A stretch of 56,309 bases of DNA, counting the filler, from Platydemus manokwari (taxonomy: Eukaryota): assembly GCA_037951405.1 (NCBI GenBank). It is 5 parts of 5 records of this genome, joined end to end, with 100 filler letters (N's around TTAATTAATTAA, not from the genome) between each part and the next. Parts side by side here need not be neighbours in the genome. Positions count along the whole stretch, not along the records: positions 9,371 to 23,583 come from JBBMOY011502526.1; positions 23,684 to 36,409 come from JBBMOY011988043.1; 3 more parts are not named here. One strand, 5' to 3'. Below the pieces are notes generated by a model, which had not been told where the DNA came from, did not search any database, and saw only the letters and a program-made list of their open reading frames with translations. The first letter of the stretch is position 1. Every line of letters begins with the position of its first letter. Position numbers and translations under genes: made by a program. Of the stretch, positions 12,985-24,960 are shown one piece after another.

Positions 12985-14064
12985 ATGAAAAATTCCAGTT
13001 CATATTTTTTAATTGATATAGTTATGAATTGTCAATTCAGCAATCAAAGCTTCTCCGCTGATGTCATTTATAAATATATAACATTGGTTTTAACACCACT
13101 TAGTATTCTATCCAATTGTTTTGCTTTCATAATTTTTAAACAGTCCATTTGGAATAATTCTGTCATGTCAAAAATTTTGCAAACTCTTTCTCTATTTGAG
13201 ATGCTTTTCAATTTGAATGTCCTCATAGAAGCTTCAATGAGACATCAAATAGAAGAACAGCATTCAAGCTTAATGCAATTAATGATATTTATTTATATAA
13301 TAACTGCAACAAAAGTTTTGATGATAGTTTTCCTAATTGCACGCAACTGGACAGTCGTAATTCTAGCTGCACATCGATATGAAAGTGTTTGTAGACCGGT
13401 TGGAAGTTGCCGATATATTCGAGCGGATAATATAAACATTATATTTGCGTTTATTATAATTTTATCCATTGTTATTGCAGTACCGAGAATGATGGAAACA
13501 AAAATTGAAATATGTAAGCCGACATTTTCTGTTAAGAGATTTGTCCCATTATTCATTGCCAACAAATGGTACCTGTATCTCCATACCGGATTGTTGTTGT
13601 TTTTCGTTCAAAACGGTGGACCAGTTATATTGGTATGTTTGTTAAGCAGTTTTGTGCTACGAGTCATTAAGAAAATGAAAAAGATTCGAAAATCAAATTT
13701 GAATTTGAATGATAAAAGTGGAACTTCCCAGCCAAGTGGAGATAAACTCATAGTCATTCTTTGTGCAGCGTTTTTCGTTTTAGAAACGCCAGCATTTTTT
13801 AGTAAAATACTTCACCATTATTTCGATTATCAAGGTTATCATATGCTCAATATGCATATAGGCCACATAGCGAATACTTTGATATACTTGGATTCTATTA
13901 TTAACATAGCAGTATATATAATTTCCAATCCGACTTTTAGAGTATCGTCGAAAACTCTACTATCTAAATCAATATGCAGAACGAAATTAATGAGTGGATT
14001 CAATCCAATCACTATGATAACAACAATTCCACAAACCAATCTTGGAGAAACGGTGGAACTGTAG
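12985..14064 (+). CDS. Intronless class A (rhodopsin-like) orphan GPCR, peptide- or chemoreceptor-like
   Basis: 359-aa ORF with seven hydrophobic segments and an N-terminal NQS sequon. TM1 has SN, TM3 reads RNWTVVILAAHRYESVCRP (DRY position is HRY), TM6 has ETP, TM7 reads DSIINIAVY, and helix 8 reads NPTFR. The start could be the second Met at 13024. Confidence 0.92.
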   Translation: MKNSSSYFLIDIVMNCQFSNQSFSADVIYKYITLVLTPLSILSNCFAFIIFKQSIWNNSVMSKILQTLSLFEMLFNLNVLIEASMRHQIEEQHSSLMQLMIFIYIITATKVLMIVFLIARNWTVVILAAHRYESVCRPVGSCRYIRADNINIIFAFIIILSIVIAVPRMMETKIEICKPTFSVKRFVPLFIANKWYLYLHTGLLLFFVQNGGPVILVCLLSSFVLRVIKKMKKIRKSNLNLNDKSGTSQPSGDKLIVILCAAFFVLETPAFFSKILHHYFDYQGYHMLNMHIGHIANTLIYLDSIINIAVYIISNPTFRVSSKTLLSKSICRTKLMSGFNPITMITTIPQTNLGETVEL

Positions 14065-15859
14065 AATTTGACTAGGTACTCAACTTTTCATCTGTCATTT
14101 TTGATTATCAATGTTATTATCGGCTATTATTCTAATTCAATTTTCTCTTTATCATTTCATTTTCAAACTCGCATTAAATTATTATTGATTATTGATAATG
14201 TAATAACTTGATTAGTGAATATTTATATTCTATGTATGCTCAGTTATTAAGCTTAAATATAAATCGGAGTGAAGAGATGTAAATTCAATTATTTAGATGA
14301 TTCAAGAAAAATTAGAAAATTAATAGAAAATAAACACTATAAAAATGTCTTTATTTATTAGCAAATTTCAAATTATTATTTATACTGTAATTCAAGAAAT
14401 TTCCGAGTATATTTCTTTAGTCTAAATTGTTTTGCATAATCGATGAAAACTAAGTACATGATTGCGTGCAGAATAAATGGGGGCAAATACTTGTTGAAGA
14501 ATAAAGATTACTTAGTTGGGTTTCTGTACTATTATTTATATGATTCATTTTGATTGCAATGGTAAAATTAGTGAATTCAATTTTAAAGCTACTGCCAACC
14601 TCCGAGTTGAAACAAATTTTAACCTTTCATACTTCAATTCTCAATTCATTATTACTTTCACAATAATTTCGCAACACAAATATATAAGTTTAAATTAATA
14701 AGGTAAAAAAGTTAGACCTTGGTAAGGCAAATAATCAAATTGCTGCCGCAAATATTCATTTTCATTAATTAACATTTCATTAATAAACATTTCCAACAGC
14801 ACTTGTGGATCTATCTTCAAATAAACACAAAGATAATATTGAACTCTTAATTCCGTTCTTTAACAAAATATACGAGTTCTCAAATGTCTCATTTATTAGT
14901 TTTGGGTTTTATGCAAATTGTATATTTAATTTATTGTGATTAATAGAATTAATATAGGGGATTTTCTGAATTTTAGGTTAATTATTTTTAATTATTTTAT
15001 GAAAAGGTCCTTGATTATAAGTGACTTGAGTGTGTGTTTTCAAAAATATAATTTATAATAACAATGTATTTTTATTTGTTTAGTTTCTAATAAAATTTGG
15101 TCTTTCGTGCTGAATAAATCAATATTAATAACCTGTTAGTAATAGTCAGTTATGTAATTTTACAGTTAATTTATAATTTATATATTTGATTTTTCTACTA
15201 ATAATTATTAAGCTAACTATTCTTATTTTCTATACTATGTCGAGATGTCAAATTATATTAACAGAGGACAATCCACCAAAAAATTATCAAACCGAGGAAT
15301 GATAGCTGTGAAAAGTGCTCAGGGCCTTGTAACAATGTGTTAGTAAGAATGTGTTAGTATTGATTTTGATAAATATCTTGAGTAGATAACATAATGATAA
15401 TAAGATAATTGAGTGAGGTAATTCATTTAACAGAAACAATGTAAAGTTCCTGAAAAATTATTTTGAATACAAAAGATTAAAATAGTAACTTTACAGAAAT
15501 CTGCTGCTAAACAAAAAGAAATAAAAAGAACACATACATTATTGAAGAAGAAATCTTGAATGAATGAAGTACTGAGATAACATCTAAATGTGAGGAAGAC
15601 TTATTTAAGTAAAATAAAGAATGCCGTGTATTAAAAGAGCTAGCAACGCCTATAAGAGATCATCGCAAATATCAGGAATGCAGAACATTGGATATCTGGT
15701 GCATAAAACTAGTGAACTATGCAATTGTAGAATTTAGTAAAGCACTTAGCATTAAAGCTAAGACAAAGCTAAGAGAAACTATGAGAAAATAACATTATAA
15801 GAAAATGTAGCTCACAATTTATCATTTCTTCTAATCGTATATAGAAGAAAGAAAGAAAA

Positions 15860-16440
15860 GATATTAGAATATGCCTTGATTTCATAGAGTTAAATTTAGT
15901 ACCAGAAAGACAATTGCCAAACGTAGAAGAGGTAGTATAATCATTATGGGAGGAATAATATATATAATTGCAAACAAGTTATACATACATTATCGTATAC
16001 AGTAAGGGAGTTTGTTCCGATTTAGACTCTATCCAGAATACACTTTGTCGAATTCGAACAGGAATTCTAATGACCAGATTATTGAAATTAATCGAAATTA
16101 TATATTTAGTGTTATATAGATCAGGTCAAACAAAAAAGTATTTTAATAAAGATGGAAAAGAATTTAAATTCCGTCAGTCTTTTATTTTCAATTATTTCTT
16201 ATCATTGGTTGGGTATAAATAATTTTCGAGCACATTCATAGGATCTTGATTTAATTACTATTGGTTAACATAACATATTATCATTCTTTAAAACACATTT
16301 ATCTATAAAGGCTTGATATCAGCAAGGCAATGCAGCCATTTTTATTGCTGAATATTTTTGGAACTCGTTAAAACAAATAATTTATTAATAAGAATTTTAT
16401 CAAAACTGATTTCACAATTTATGTGGGAGTCTAATCTAAA
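15860..16440 (+). mobile_element. Highly decayed Tc1-like transposase remnant
   Basis: RRRGSIIIMGGI (about 15922-15957) resembles GGGSVMVWGxI, and YQQGNAAI (about 16317-16340) resembles FQQDNAxxH, in the correct order. Confidence 0.4.
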
Positions 16441-19385
16441 AAATCCATCCATTTTCGTCTTACGAACTGAAAATTGATTTCAAATTAATTGGATTTCTAT
16501 GTATTGCTTTATAACATGACTGAAAAAATTATATATCTTCTAATAATACAATTTGTTTATCTTTCGTCAGCCAATAAAAACTTATTCTAATTTGATGAAT
16601 TTGAAGATTTCAATCAAAAGAAAAAATTTGAAATATCTGCTGTGTAAACAACATTTCTTCTCCAAATATGAATGCTCAAGATTTGTTATTATTTTCATTT
16701 CTTTTTGGGATTTTTTTATTTGATTATCGATTTTATATATGACATCCAATGAATACTGGCATGAAACATTTTTTTTCACTTAACCATTTAAATAGTCCTA
16801 TAAGTAATCCATTATGTAGAAAGCAGGTTTTCATAGATCCGGTTCAATAAATGTAATCAAATTTGCAAAAGCGATATTAAAAATCGAAAACTTTTAATTT
16901 TCTTGTTAAACGATATAAATTTCCAGTAGATGATAAATGAGTTTATGATTATGGTAATATTAAGTAGCCAGCGATATTGTTACGATATAAATCATTCGAA
17001 GATAATTCAGTGAAACAATAATGGATGAAATTCTAAAATCTAAAGATCGTAGAAAGCCAATCCAAGAATAAACGACATTCACAACATAAAAACTAGTAGT
17101 TATTTCAAGAGTTGACTCTTTTTATGAAATTTCCTTACATATTTAATTGAAAGGTTATTTTCAATCTTTAATTTAATTGATGCATTTTGTTAAGTTTTGG
17201 TTTCTCGAGGTTGTAAAAATTTAAAATCGTATTTTGGTAATTCGAAGACCTCTGATCGTCTATTATATTTGTCTGTTTAATCGTTCTCAAAGTTATTCCA
17301 ATGATTCAGATCAGGATTTTTGGTCCGCTCTATATCACAGTTCACAGTATTAAAAACAATGATATTAACAGATTTTAACACTGTGCTTAAAACTATAATT
17401 ATATTATTTTCGATTATATTATAAATGATTGTAATTTCAGTAATTAATTAAAACAGATATTTCATTAATAATCATATTAATAAAAATTTAAATTCAAGGT
17501 AAAAGTGATATAAAAATTAAAATTTAATACTAAAATTATAATTTCAAATTAAATATTTTAAAATCCTAATAATTTCATTTCACCACTTAAAGTTTGTAAA
17601 TTTTTTTTTCAAAAATATTGCAATGAGGTTTCAGTCAATAGTTACCTAACTTTGTGAACCTTCACTAGGTTATGTTGTCAGAATATTATTATTAGGATAT
17701 TATTAGCTTAAAAATTGTAATTTAATGATTATAATTTCGAAATATTTTAATTTAAAAATTTTATTTTAAGTAAAAAGAATTCGTTAAACAAAAAAATATT
17801 TCTTTACTTTTATTGTTTATTCTTGTAGTGAATAATAATTATTTGACTTGTTACAAACGCATAGTTTGTTATCGGAATCTATTTACATATTTTGTTTCAG
17901 TGGAAGCATAGAAATTTTTGTGCGGAAAATGTGATACAAGCATGACACAAAAAATTACACAAACATCTCGACTATAAATACCGATATAAAGATGGCCACT
18001 TGCCAGTTGGAAGCCAAATTTTTGGCTACGTGTTGAGACATTGTATTTAATTTATAAGTCATACTGAGTAGTACGCGTGTAGTTGGAAGTTTAGTTTTTA
18101 ACGTAAATTTGTGACAGTTAGAAATAAAGTTTACAACCTTTGATTTTTGGAGTCAATAATAATTTGGTTATTCAGAATCAGGCAGCCCAACAATATCTAT
18201 GTTCGATATATCTTTATTATTTATTGTTATTACTGTATATTTTTATCTTATCCACATTTTTTGTATAATCGAATTCTCATTTTATTCTATTTATTTTGGC
18301 GTATTGAACATTCTTAAATCTTCTCGGTAGATATAACCGAATTACTCAATATCTTCGACATTTTAAGAATTTATTACAATTAACTTACCTAGAATCGTAT
18401 CGTTAGCCACTAATATTTCATTAAAGTTATGTTAACAAATAATAAATAATAATTTTTTATCAATACTTAAATATATTGTCAAGCGATAGATTTTTACAAT
18501 TCAAATTTATGAATATTTATTATGAATATTATGAATATTATGAAAATTATGAATAACCAATCACAATAATTTTAAAATTATCTCAAGTTTAATGAGTAAA
18601 AATTGATGAACGCTCATTTATCAATAGCTGCAATAGAAAAACGCTTGTATAGAACTCATTTCTCATTAATTTATATTATATTTCTCATTAATAGATCTGC
18701 AATGTCCACATAAATTATTGTTGAAACATTGTGATTGAGATATCAGCGATCTGACTTGAGATGGAATAGTTATAATATAATAATATTAATAAAATTATAA
18801 TATTAATGACCAAATACAATACCGCAATCAACAGTTGACTGATAAAAAGATATTGCCAATGTTAAATATAATAAAGTACTTGAAATTGGTTCTATTATAA
18901 AAATTTCCGATTAATAAAAATAATTCCTGAATGAAATCCACGCAGTAAATAAACAAAAAATTAATCAAATATAATCTGAGGATTACTGAATATTTACGAG
19001 TAAATTATATAATAAAAATTATTTTCATTATTTGTTTTGTAGACAGAAAAGAAATGCAAATTGAATTAAAAATGACACAAAGAATTCGATGTTAGTTACA
19101 TTTACATGTGATAATAGTGAGAAGAACAGTGTTCTCGTGTTATTATTCGATAAGATCGTTGCTACGATTTCGAGTTTGGATGTAATGAAAAAAATAATTT
19201 TTTAATGAATAAATGTGACTTGAGCTTCAATGTTTCGAATTGCAAAATGTACAATAGTGTTATTGATTGAGCAATTGATGTTGTAATTGGTGAAAATGTT
19301 ATTTTATTTAACACAGAATAAATGTGCTAAAATTTATTAAGTGGTCAAAATATAAATGAATAAAGTATTCTTTGTGGAAAAATTA

Positions 19386-19443
19386 GTCCTGTTTCGGCCC
19401 TCCATAGCACTCATCAGTATCCCGGTTCAGAGATATATAGGAC
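19386..19443 (-). ncRNA. Type III hammerhead ribozyme motif with intact catalytic core
   Basis: Minus strand reads GUCCUA-UA-UAUCUC-UGAACC-GGGAUA-CUGAUGA-GUGCU-AUGGA-GGGCC-GAAA-CAGGAC. CUGAUGA and GAAA are intact, stem I is 6 bp, and stem III is GUCCU/AGGAC with one A.C mismatch. Stem II is imperfect. Predicted cut is between 19436 and 19435. Confidence 0.85.
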
Positions 19444-19515
19444 TTGTTAATCACTCGGAGCCTTCAAGAGCAATAGCTGCAATGATGGTGATGGTGTTTT
19501 TAAGATACGGATAGT

Positions 19516-19565
19516 GTCCTATTTCGACTTTCCATGGGCCTCATCGGACCAGAGACAGATATGAC
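19516..19565 (-). ncRNA. Type III hammerhead ribozyme motif with an 8-nt deletion
   Basis: Minus strand reads GUCAUA-UC-UGUCUC-UGGUCC-[8 nt missing]-GAUGA-GGC-CCAUGGAAA-GUC-GAAA-UAGGAC. The 3' strand of stem I and the CU of the core are deleted relative to the other copies. Confidence 0.7.
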
Positions 19566-20981
19566 TAAAGGATATCTTGAAAATAGCTATCCGTTTATAT
19601 ACCAATTTAGAGACCAATTCATCAAATAATCAAAATCAAGGATTAGTATATTGTGATTAAAGATCTCGACTGGATTTTAAAGAGCTGACAGACAATAAAT
19701 TTTGCCCCTTATTGCCGCAAGAAATATGAAAGAACAATTCATTATGGATTGCAGATTGAACTACGACTATAATGGACGATAGTAGCTCAATAAGATAATT
19801 AATTAAAAATAATAATTATATTATAATTAATTATAATTAACCACAATATTATATAAAGTACATATTATCAACTAGCATAAATATTTGAAAAATAATAGAG
19901 AAAATTGCACAAATTTTTTGTTAAAATTCAATTCATAGTAAGTATGGAAATATTTTATTTTACGTTATATTTTCATGTTTTACGGGTGCTGGAGAGCGTA
20001 AACATTAGACCATCCCTTTTAAACAGAACTCGCGCTTTAAATTATTGTTTTATTCAAATAAATATTGTTATTTTATTTTGTTTTAATTCAGAACCCATTG
20101 ATCTATAAGCCTCATGTATAACAAATTAGATAATATCTGAACTTATTTGATTAACCATTGTCGAAATTGTTAATTGTTTATCTAATCAATTTCATTATCG
20201 GTGTCCCATTAATACATATCTATCGATCATAATTCATTGACTAATGTAAATATCTTTGCTTTTCGATCTCTGGTTACTGATAGTGTACCGAAAATTGTTT
20301 TGAATATATTTAACTGATCCTAAATGAAATGACAGCAGAAGTCACTTTGTAATATTTTAATGAATTGATCAGTCGACTTGGAATTTACTTAGTTCTGAAA
20401 CTAAATGTTAATAATCAACATATTTACTCAAATTAACCAATAATCTCCTTTATTAACAAATTAACAGTTTGTAGTTAGAGCGATATTTACTTTTATGGTA
20501 CTAGTTTACATGAGGAATATCTTCTCTCATTATTAACAAATGACAAACTGGAATTTATGTTTCAATTGAATTAACAATTAAATTTACGATCGGGATTGTG
20601 CCTCTATCGCTTCAACTCAGTTGTGCCAATTGCTTTTGACTCTTTGCATTAAGGAATTATCAGAAAGCGAATCTATGAGATTAATTAATAAGCAGAACTT
20701 AGTTATTATCTTTTATCCATATTTGCTTTTATGTCTAAGCTAAATCTATTATCTATCTTATCCATTATCTTTATGAGATTTCTGCTTAAATTAGCTATCA
20801 TTATCGACGGTTTTCTAAGAGCCAATCAACCGTGTGTTTATAAATGATTTTAATTTTTGTCTTTGATTTCTAAAATTTTATTTAAAGCATTTTATTATCA
20901 TCAACAAAGTGTGAATGGCTACATTCTCAATATAATATATTATGTCATATTGATCAAACTCGATTCCTTGACTATATAGAC

Positions 20982-21823
20982 CAGTGATTCCCAAAGTGGT
21001 CCATACCGACCCCCAAGGGTCGATGAAGACCTGCAAGGAGTCTAAGTGGGTTAAAAATTGGAGAGTCAGTGAGAAGAATTTTCCAAAAATTGCAAACATT
21101 ATAAAAATTTAACCTTGTAGCATTATCAACTCGAGATATTCACTCGTTGCCTTATATATGCATAAAGCTATCCAATCTATATCCAACATTCGAAAGTACT
21201 CCATTCAGATTTTGAAACTAGATTTGAGGATATTTTGACGTCCAGTATACGCCAATGGATTATCAATCCATATGGTAACATTGAATAAACGGATGTCACA
21301 TTACAAGAGGAATTGATTAGAATAAGTATTAACGAAGAAATTAAGGTACAGTTTAGAAACGAATATCAGCATTTCTGGCTTCAAAAAGACATGCCTATTA
21401 TTTCCCGTATTATAGAATACCGCAAGAAAGTTTTTAATTGTTTTTCCGTCTTCATATCTAGTGGAAAGAGGTTTCAGCGCAGTGACAAATCTCATTACAA
21501 AAAAGAAAGAAACTGGACATCATTAACCAAGGAGGTTTGAGATTAAATCTAACTAAATTGAATCCAAATGTTCATAATTTGTTATTAAATTTATTATTAA
21601 TTTATTTTGTTGCTTATTTCTTTTTATGTAACGGATAATTTTAAAATTAATTAATAAAAATAATAATTATATTAAAATGTTTTGTTTTTTTCGCTTTTTC
21701 ACATTATTATAGGAACTTCACTACTGTTGAAATTTAAATATTTTATGGTGTATAGCAAGGGGTCTGCCCAAAACCAAAAAATATGGCAAGGAGTTTACGA
21801 GAGAAAAATTTTGAGAACCTCTG
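20982..21823 (+). mobile_element. Non-autonomous hAT (Buster/Charlie-type) deletion derivative
   Basis: Imperfect terminal inverted repeats cagtgattcccaaa...tttgagaacctctg. 8-bp target-site duplication atatagac (20974-20981) / atctagac (21824-21831) with the central TA typical of Buster elements. Internal transposase C-terminal remnant: FETRFEDIL..QWIINPYG..LQEELIRISINEE..FWLQK..FPSSYLVE.GFSAVTNL. Confidence 0.9.
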
Positions 21824-23279
21824 ATCTAGACCAACATGCAGTTAAGGATACCAATTTTTAACTGCTTGTATGCTTATGATATGATTGTTAAGGTTTTAAT
21901 TGTTCATTCATTTGTCGAAACAAAATGTTTTAGAGAATTGGAATTTAGTATCGGAGTGGAACTTTTACTGCCATATTATTCGCTTACGATCTGATTTTGC
22001 GTTTACATTCAAGATATGCGAGAATATTTACTAGTGGGTTTTACCATTATCCAATGTAATAGGTTTAGAGCTCCAGCTTGTTTCTTGTTAGGATTGATCT
22101 TATTTTCTGACATAATTTGATAAATAAATGAATCGTACTGCATTGAACGTGGAACTTGGTTTAAGTAGTCTGCCAATCATTTGTTAATCGAATATTATAA
22201 TATTGAAAAATAGAATTACGAAGTTATGGAATATAATTTTTAAACTATGAGCTCATTAAATAATATTTAAATTCATCAAAATTCTTCATTTAAATTTGGA
22301 TATATTTTTTGAAAATTTATATTTTTTCAAAAATATTTATGCAAATCAGATCTCGGCCAGAAAAAAATAATCCCGGAGATAATCCACAGTGATTAATATC
22401 TCGAGTATTATGGCAGACTATTATAACTGAAAGAGAATTATTGATCGCTATTCAAATAAATGATTTGAGAATTCAAAACAAAATATCTAGACACTACTGA
22501 ATGTCTTTCGAATTATATTTAATCCAGCTATTGGCACTATATTACCTGAAAGCTTGAGTCCAGTGATATATAAACCATGATTATTCTTAATATATTTTTA
22601 ATTGGTTAATTGTTTTACCAGTTTAAAGTATTGTTTGTCGAGATTTCTGTAATTATTGAAATTTTTATTAGTGGATTCTGTTTCGTTTTCATTTAATATA
22701 TTTCTGTGTTCCAATGTTTACTGCATCATAGGAAAATAAAATAATAGAAAATATGAAAAAAATAATTTTCAAATTTTTATTTTAGCAATAACATAGGATC
22801 AACGTAGATTATGAATGAGTTATGAGTAGATTATTTAGTGTAGATGATAGATGACTCGAAAGACGGAGGAAATTTTGGGTTTTCGATTAGCAACCAAGCG
22901 CATTTGTTTGTTTTTTGGGTACCTCACTCGTATTCTGTGATTTATTTTTATTTCTGAAACGTTATTGGACAGAACTTTGAGAATTAAAATCGAGTATTTA
23001 TTTGGTGTAACAAATATGATTGGCGTTAAAATTCTTAGCATTTTAGACAACTCTGATTTTGGTATCAAGACAATGAAGAATTTAATAAATGAGAATAGAT
23101 AAAATTAAAATTAGGCACAAGCAATTTCAAAACCGATTCGTTTAGTAGAATAGGGTATTCAATTAGATTTTCCAAGTTATTAAAATACCAATGAGGATTT
23201 CATCAAACTCGTAACTGAACCTCTATTTAAAACGAGACATTAATAACTGAGTGTAATCCAATTAATCATAAAAATATTG

Positions 23280-23583
23280 TACGATGGATATAAATAAAAG
23301 TTTCCTTTTAGAAAAAGAACAGTGATGATATTCTTTGAAACGATTCAAAATTTCCATTTCCATTCATCAACATTTAGAGCTTAAGCAAAATGGCTAGCAC
23401 AGTGAAGAAAAGTCAGGAAAGATTGATTCTTGAGATGCGTTTGTAATGAAATTAATGAAGACATTAGATTAGCTAATTATGGGGATTATGAAAAGTAGTT
23501 GACAATCGTCAATTGCTTAACAATCCATTGGACGATCGATTCTGGAAGCGCATTGTGACGTCGGACGAGAAGTGGGTATATTT
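23280..23583 (+). mobile_element. Mariner transposase fragment, truncated at the contig end
   Basis: PLDDRFWKRIVTSDEKWVY (23525-23581) matches the mariner RIVTGDEKWIY motif holding the first catalytic Asp. The left boundary is uncertain. Confidence 0.8.
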
Positions 23584-23683
23584 NNNNNNNNNNNNNNNNN
23601 NNNNNNNNNNNNNNNNNNNNNNNNNNNTTAATTAATTAANNNNNNNNNNNNNNNNNNNNNNNNNNNNNNNNNNNNNNNNNNNN
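23584..23683. other. Artificial contig linker
   Basis: N44-TTAATTAATTAA-N44. Confidence 0.97.
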
Positions 23684-24289
23684 GGGTCAAAGTAGGTCAA
23701 AATGCAATTAATTGAAAATTAGCGAGGACCCCTTCTTTTAACATTAGAAGCAATTGGAATAATATCTTAAATTTTTAGAGTTATTTTATAAAAAGTGACT
23801 TCGAAATTAATGAGAAGTGCCAGGAATAAGGTACTTGTGTTTTATCTAAAAATAAGTATTTTAATATCTATTTAATAGATTGGATACATAGATCCCAAAC
23901 CTGTCGAGGTTGTAATGAAATGAAGATTTGATCCAAATCAAATAAATCGTACAGGTAAAGATGCCACACATATATAATTTTCAAAATTCAAATAGGGACT
24001 TGATTCAACAATTCAGCCTTGTCACTTTTCAACTTTCTTAATAAAGTGCCTTTGGTGCACAGGGATAAGACAAAAAAATTATATTTACAAAATTATATCC
24101 ATAAGTAAACTAATAAGCAACAAATAATGATAATTTTTATTAAAAAAAACCAACAATTCAAAAATTATTAATTGAAATACAACAAAATTTGTAGATTCCT
24201 AGCCATTGAAGAAATATCTAATGAAATCTATCTATATCTATTGAAACTAATGAATGATATTTTATTCATAGAAAGACAGTTGAACCATT

Positions 24290-24960
24290 GTAATTATCCT
24301 AATGGATTTTGATCTGCACTTCGTCAAATTTGTATATGAAGAAGTTTGCCAATGTGGAAGCAAGGAAAATTGTCATACATGCAAAACAATTTCTATTGGG
24401 CAAATATGTAGGTAACCACAGAGACAATTTTAAAAGGGTGTGTTCTGCAAAAAGACAAATTGATAAAAGGATAACAAAAGAAGCTCTACTACAGCAAAAT
24501 AGTTCAGAATTCCTAGAACAAGTCGTAATTGATAATGATCACATGAATAACGTTCAGAATAACAAAAGATATTTAATTTTTATCATAGAAAATTTTATTA
24601 AGCTTGTAAGTCTAACTGTTTTGTTTAGTCAATATGAAAAGAGAATTTTTGAGGTATTTCTTAATTATTGGATTTATCATTTCTAGAAACTAAAAAGTGA
24701 TTTGAAAGATAGGGGTAAACAGTTTGAATGTCAATTCATGATAACAGAATTTTCTAAATTCGATATTCTTCATGAGTTTAAATCACCTTATCAATATCAA
24801 TTAAACGGATTGGGAGAAAGAGTTATTCGTATAGTTATAGATATGATAGTTACGTCGCTGATGTGTGCAAGTAATGAGTGAAACTGGTATGTACTCCTAC
24901 CAAGAATTGAATTTTCAATCAATTTTACTCGATAAGATTAAACAAAATTCTCTTGTCTTG
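24290..24960 (+). mobile_element. Decayed Ty3/Gypsy integrase (rve) remnant
   Basis: Reading through stops gives FLEQVVID..KRYLIFIIENFIK..WIYHF*..DRGKQFE..SPYQYQLNGLGERVIR..W..LLPRIEFSIN, which is the integrase core layout. Confidence 0.85.

Larger units (their letters stand above)
19340..20112 (-). repeat. Dispersed hammerhead-carrying repeat, copy 2 (two tandem ribozyme motifs)
   Basis: Homologous to 1820-2465, with an extra ribozyme-plus-spacer unit. Ends are approximate. Confidence 0.9.

Noticed and set aside
13293-14039. Antisense ORFs over the GPCR, like most 60-90 aa ORFs in the track
   Set aside because: Shadow or chance ORFs with no motifs, many starting at non-ATG codons.
17900-18190. 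LTR-like layout (TATA, AATAAA, then TGGT...)
   Set aside because: The primer-binding site is too divergent, and no partner LTR or internal ORF follows.
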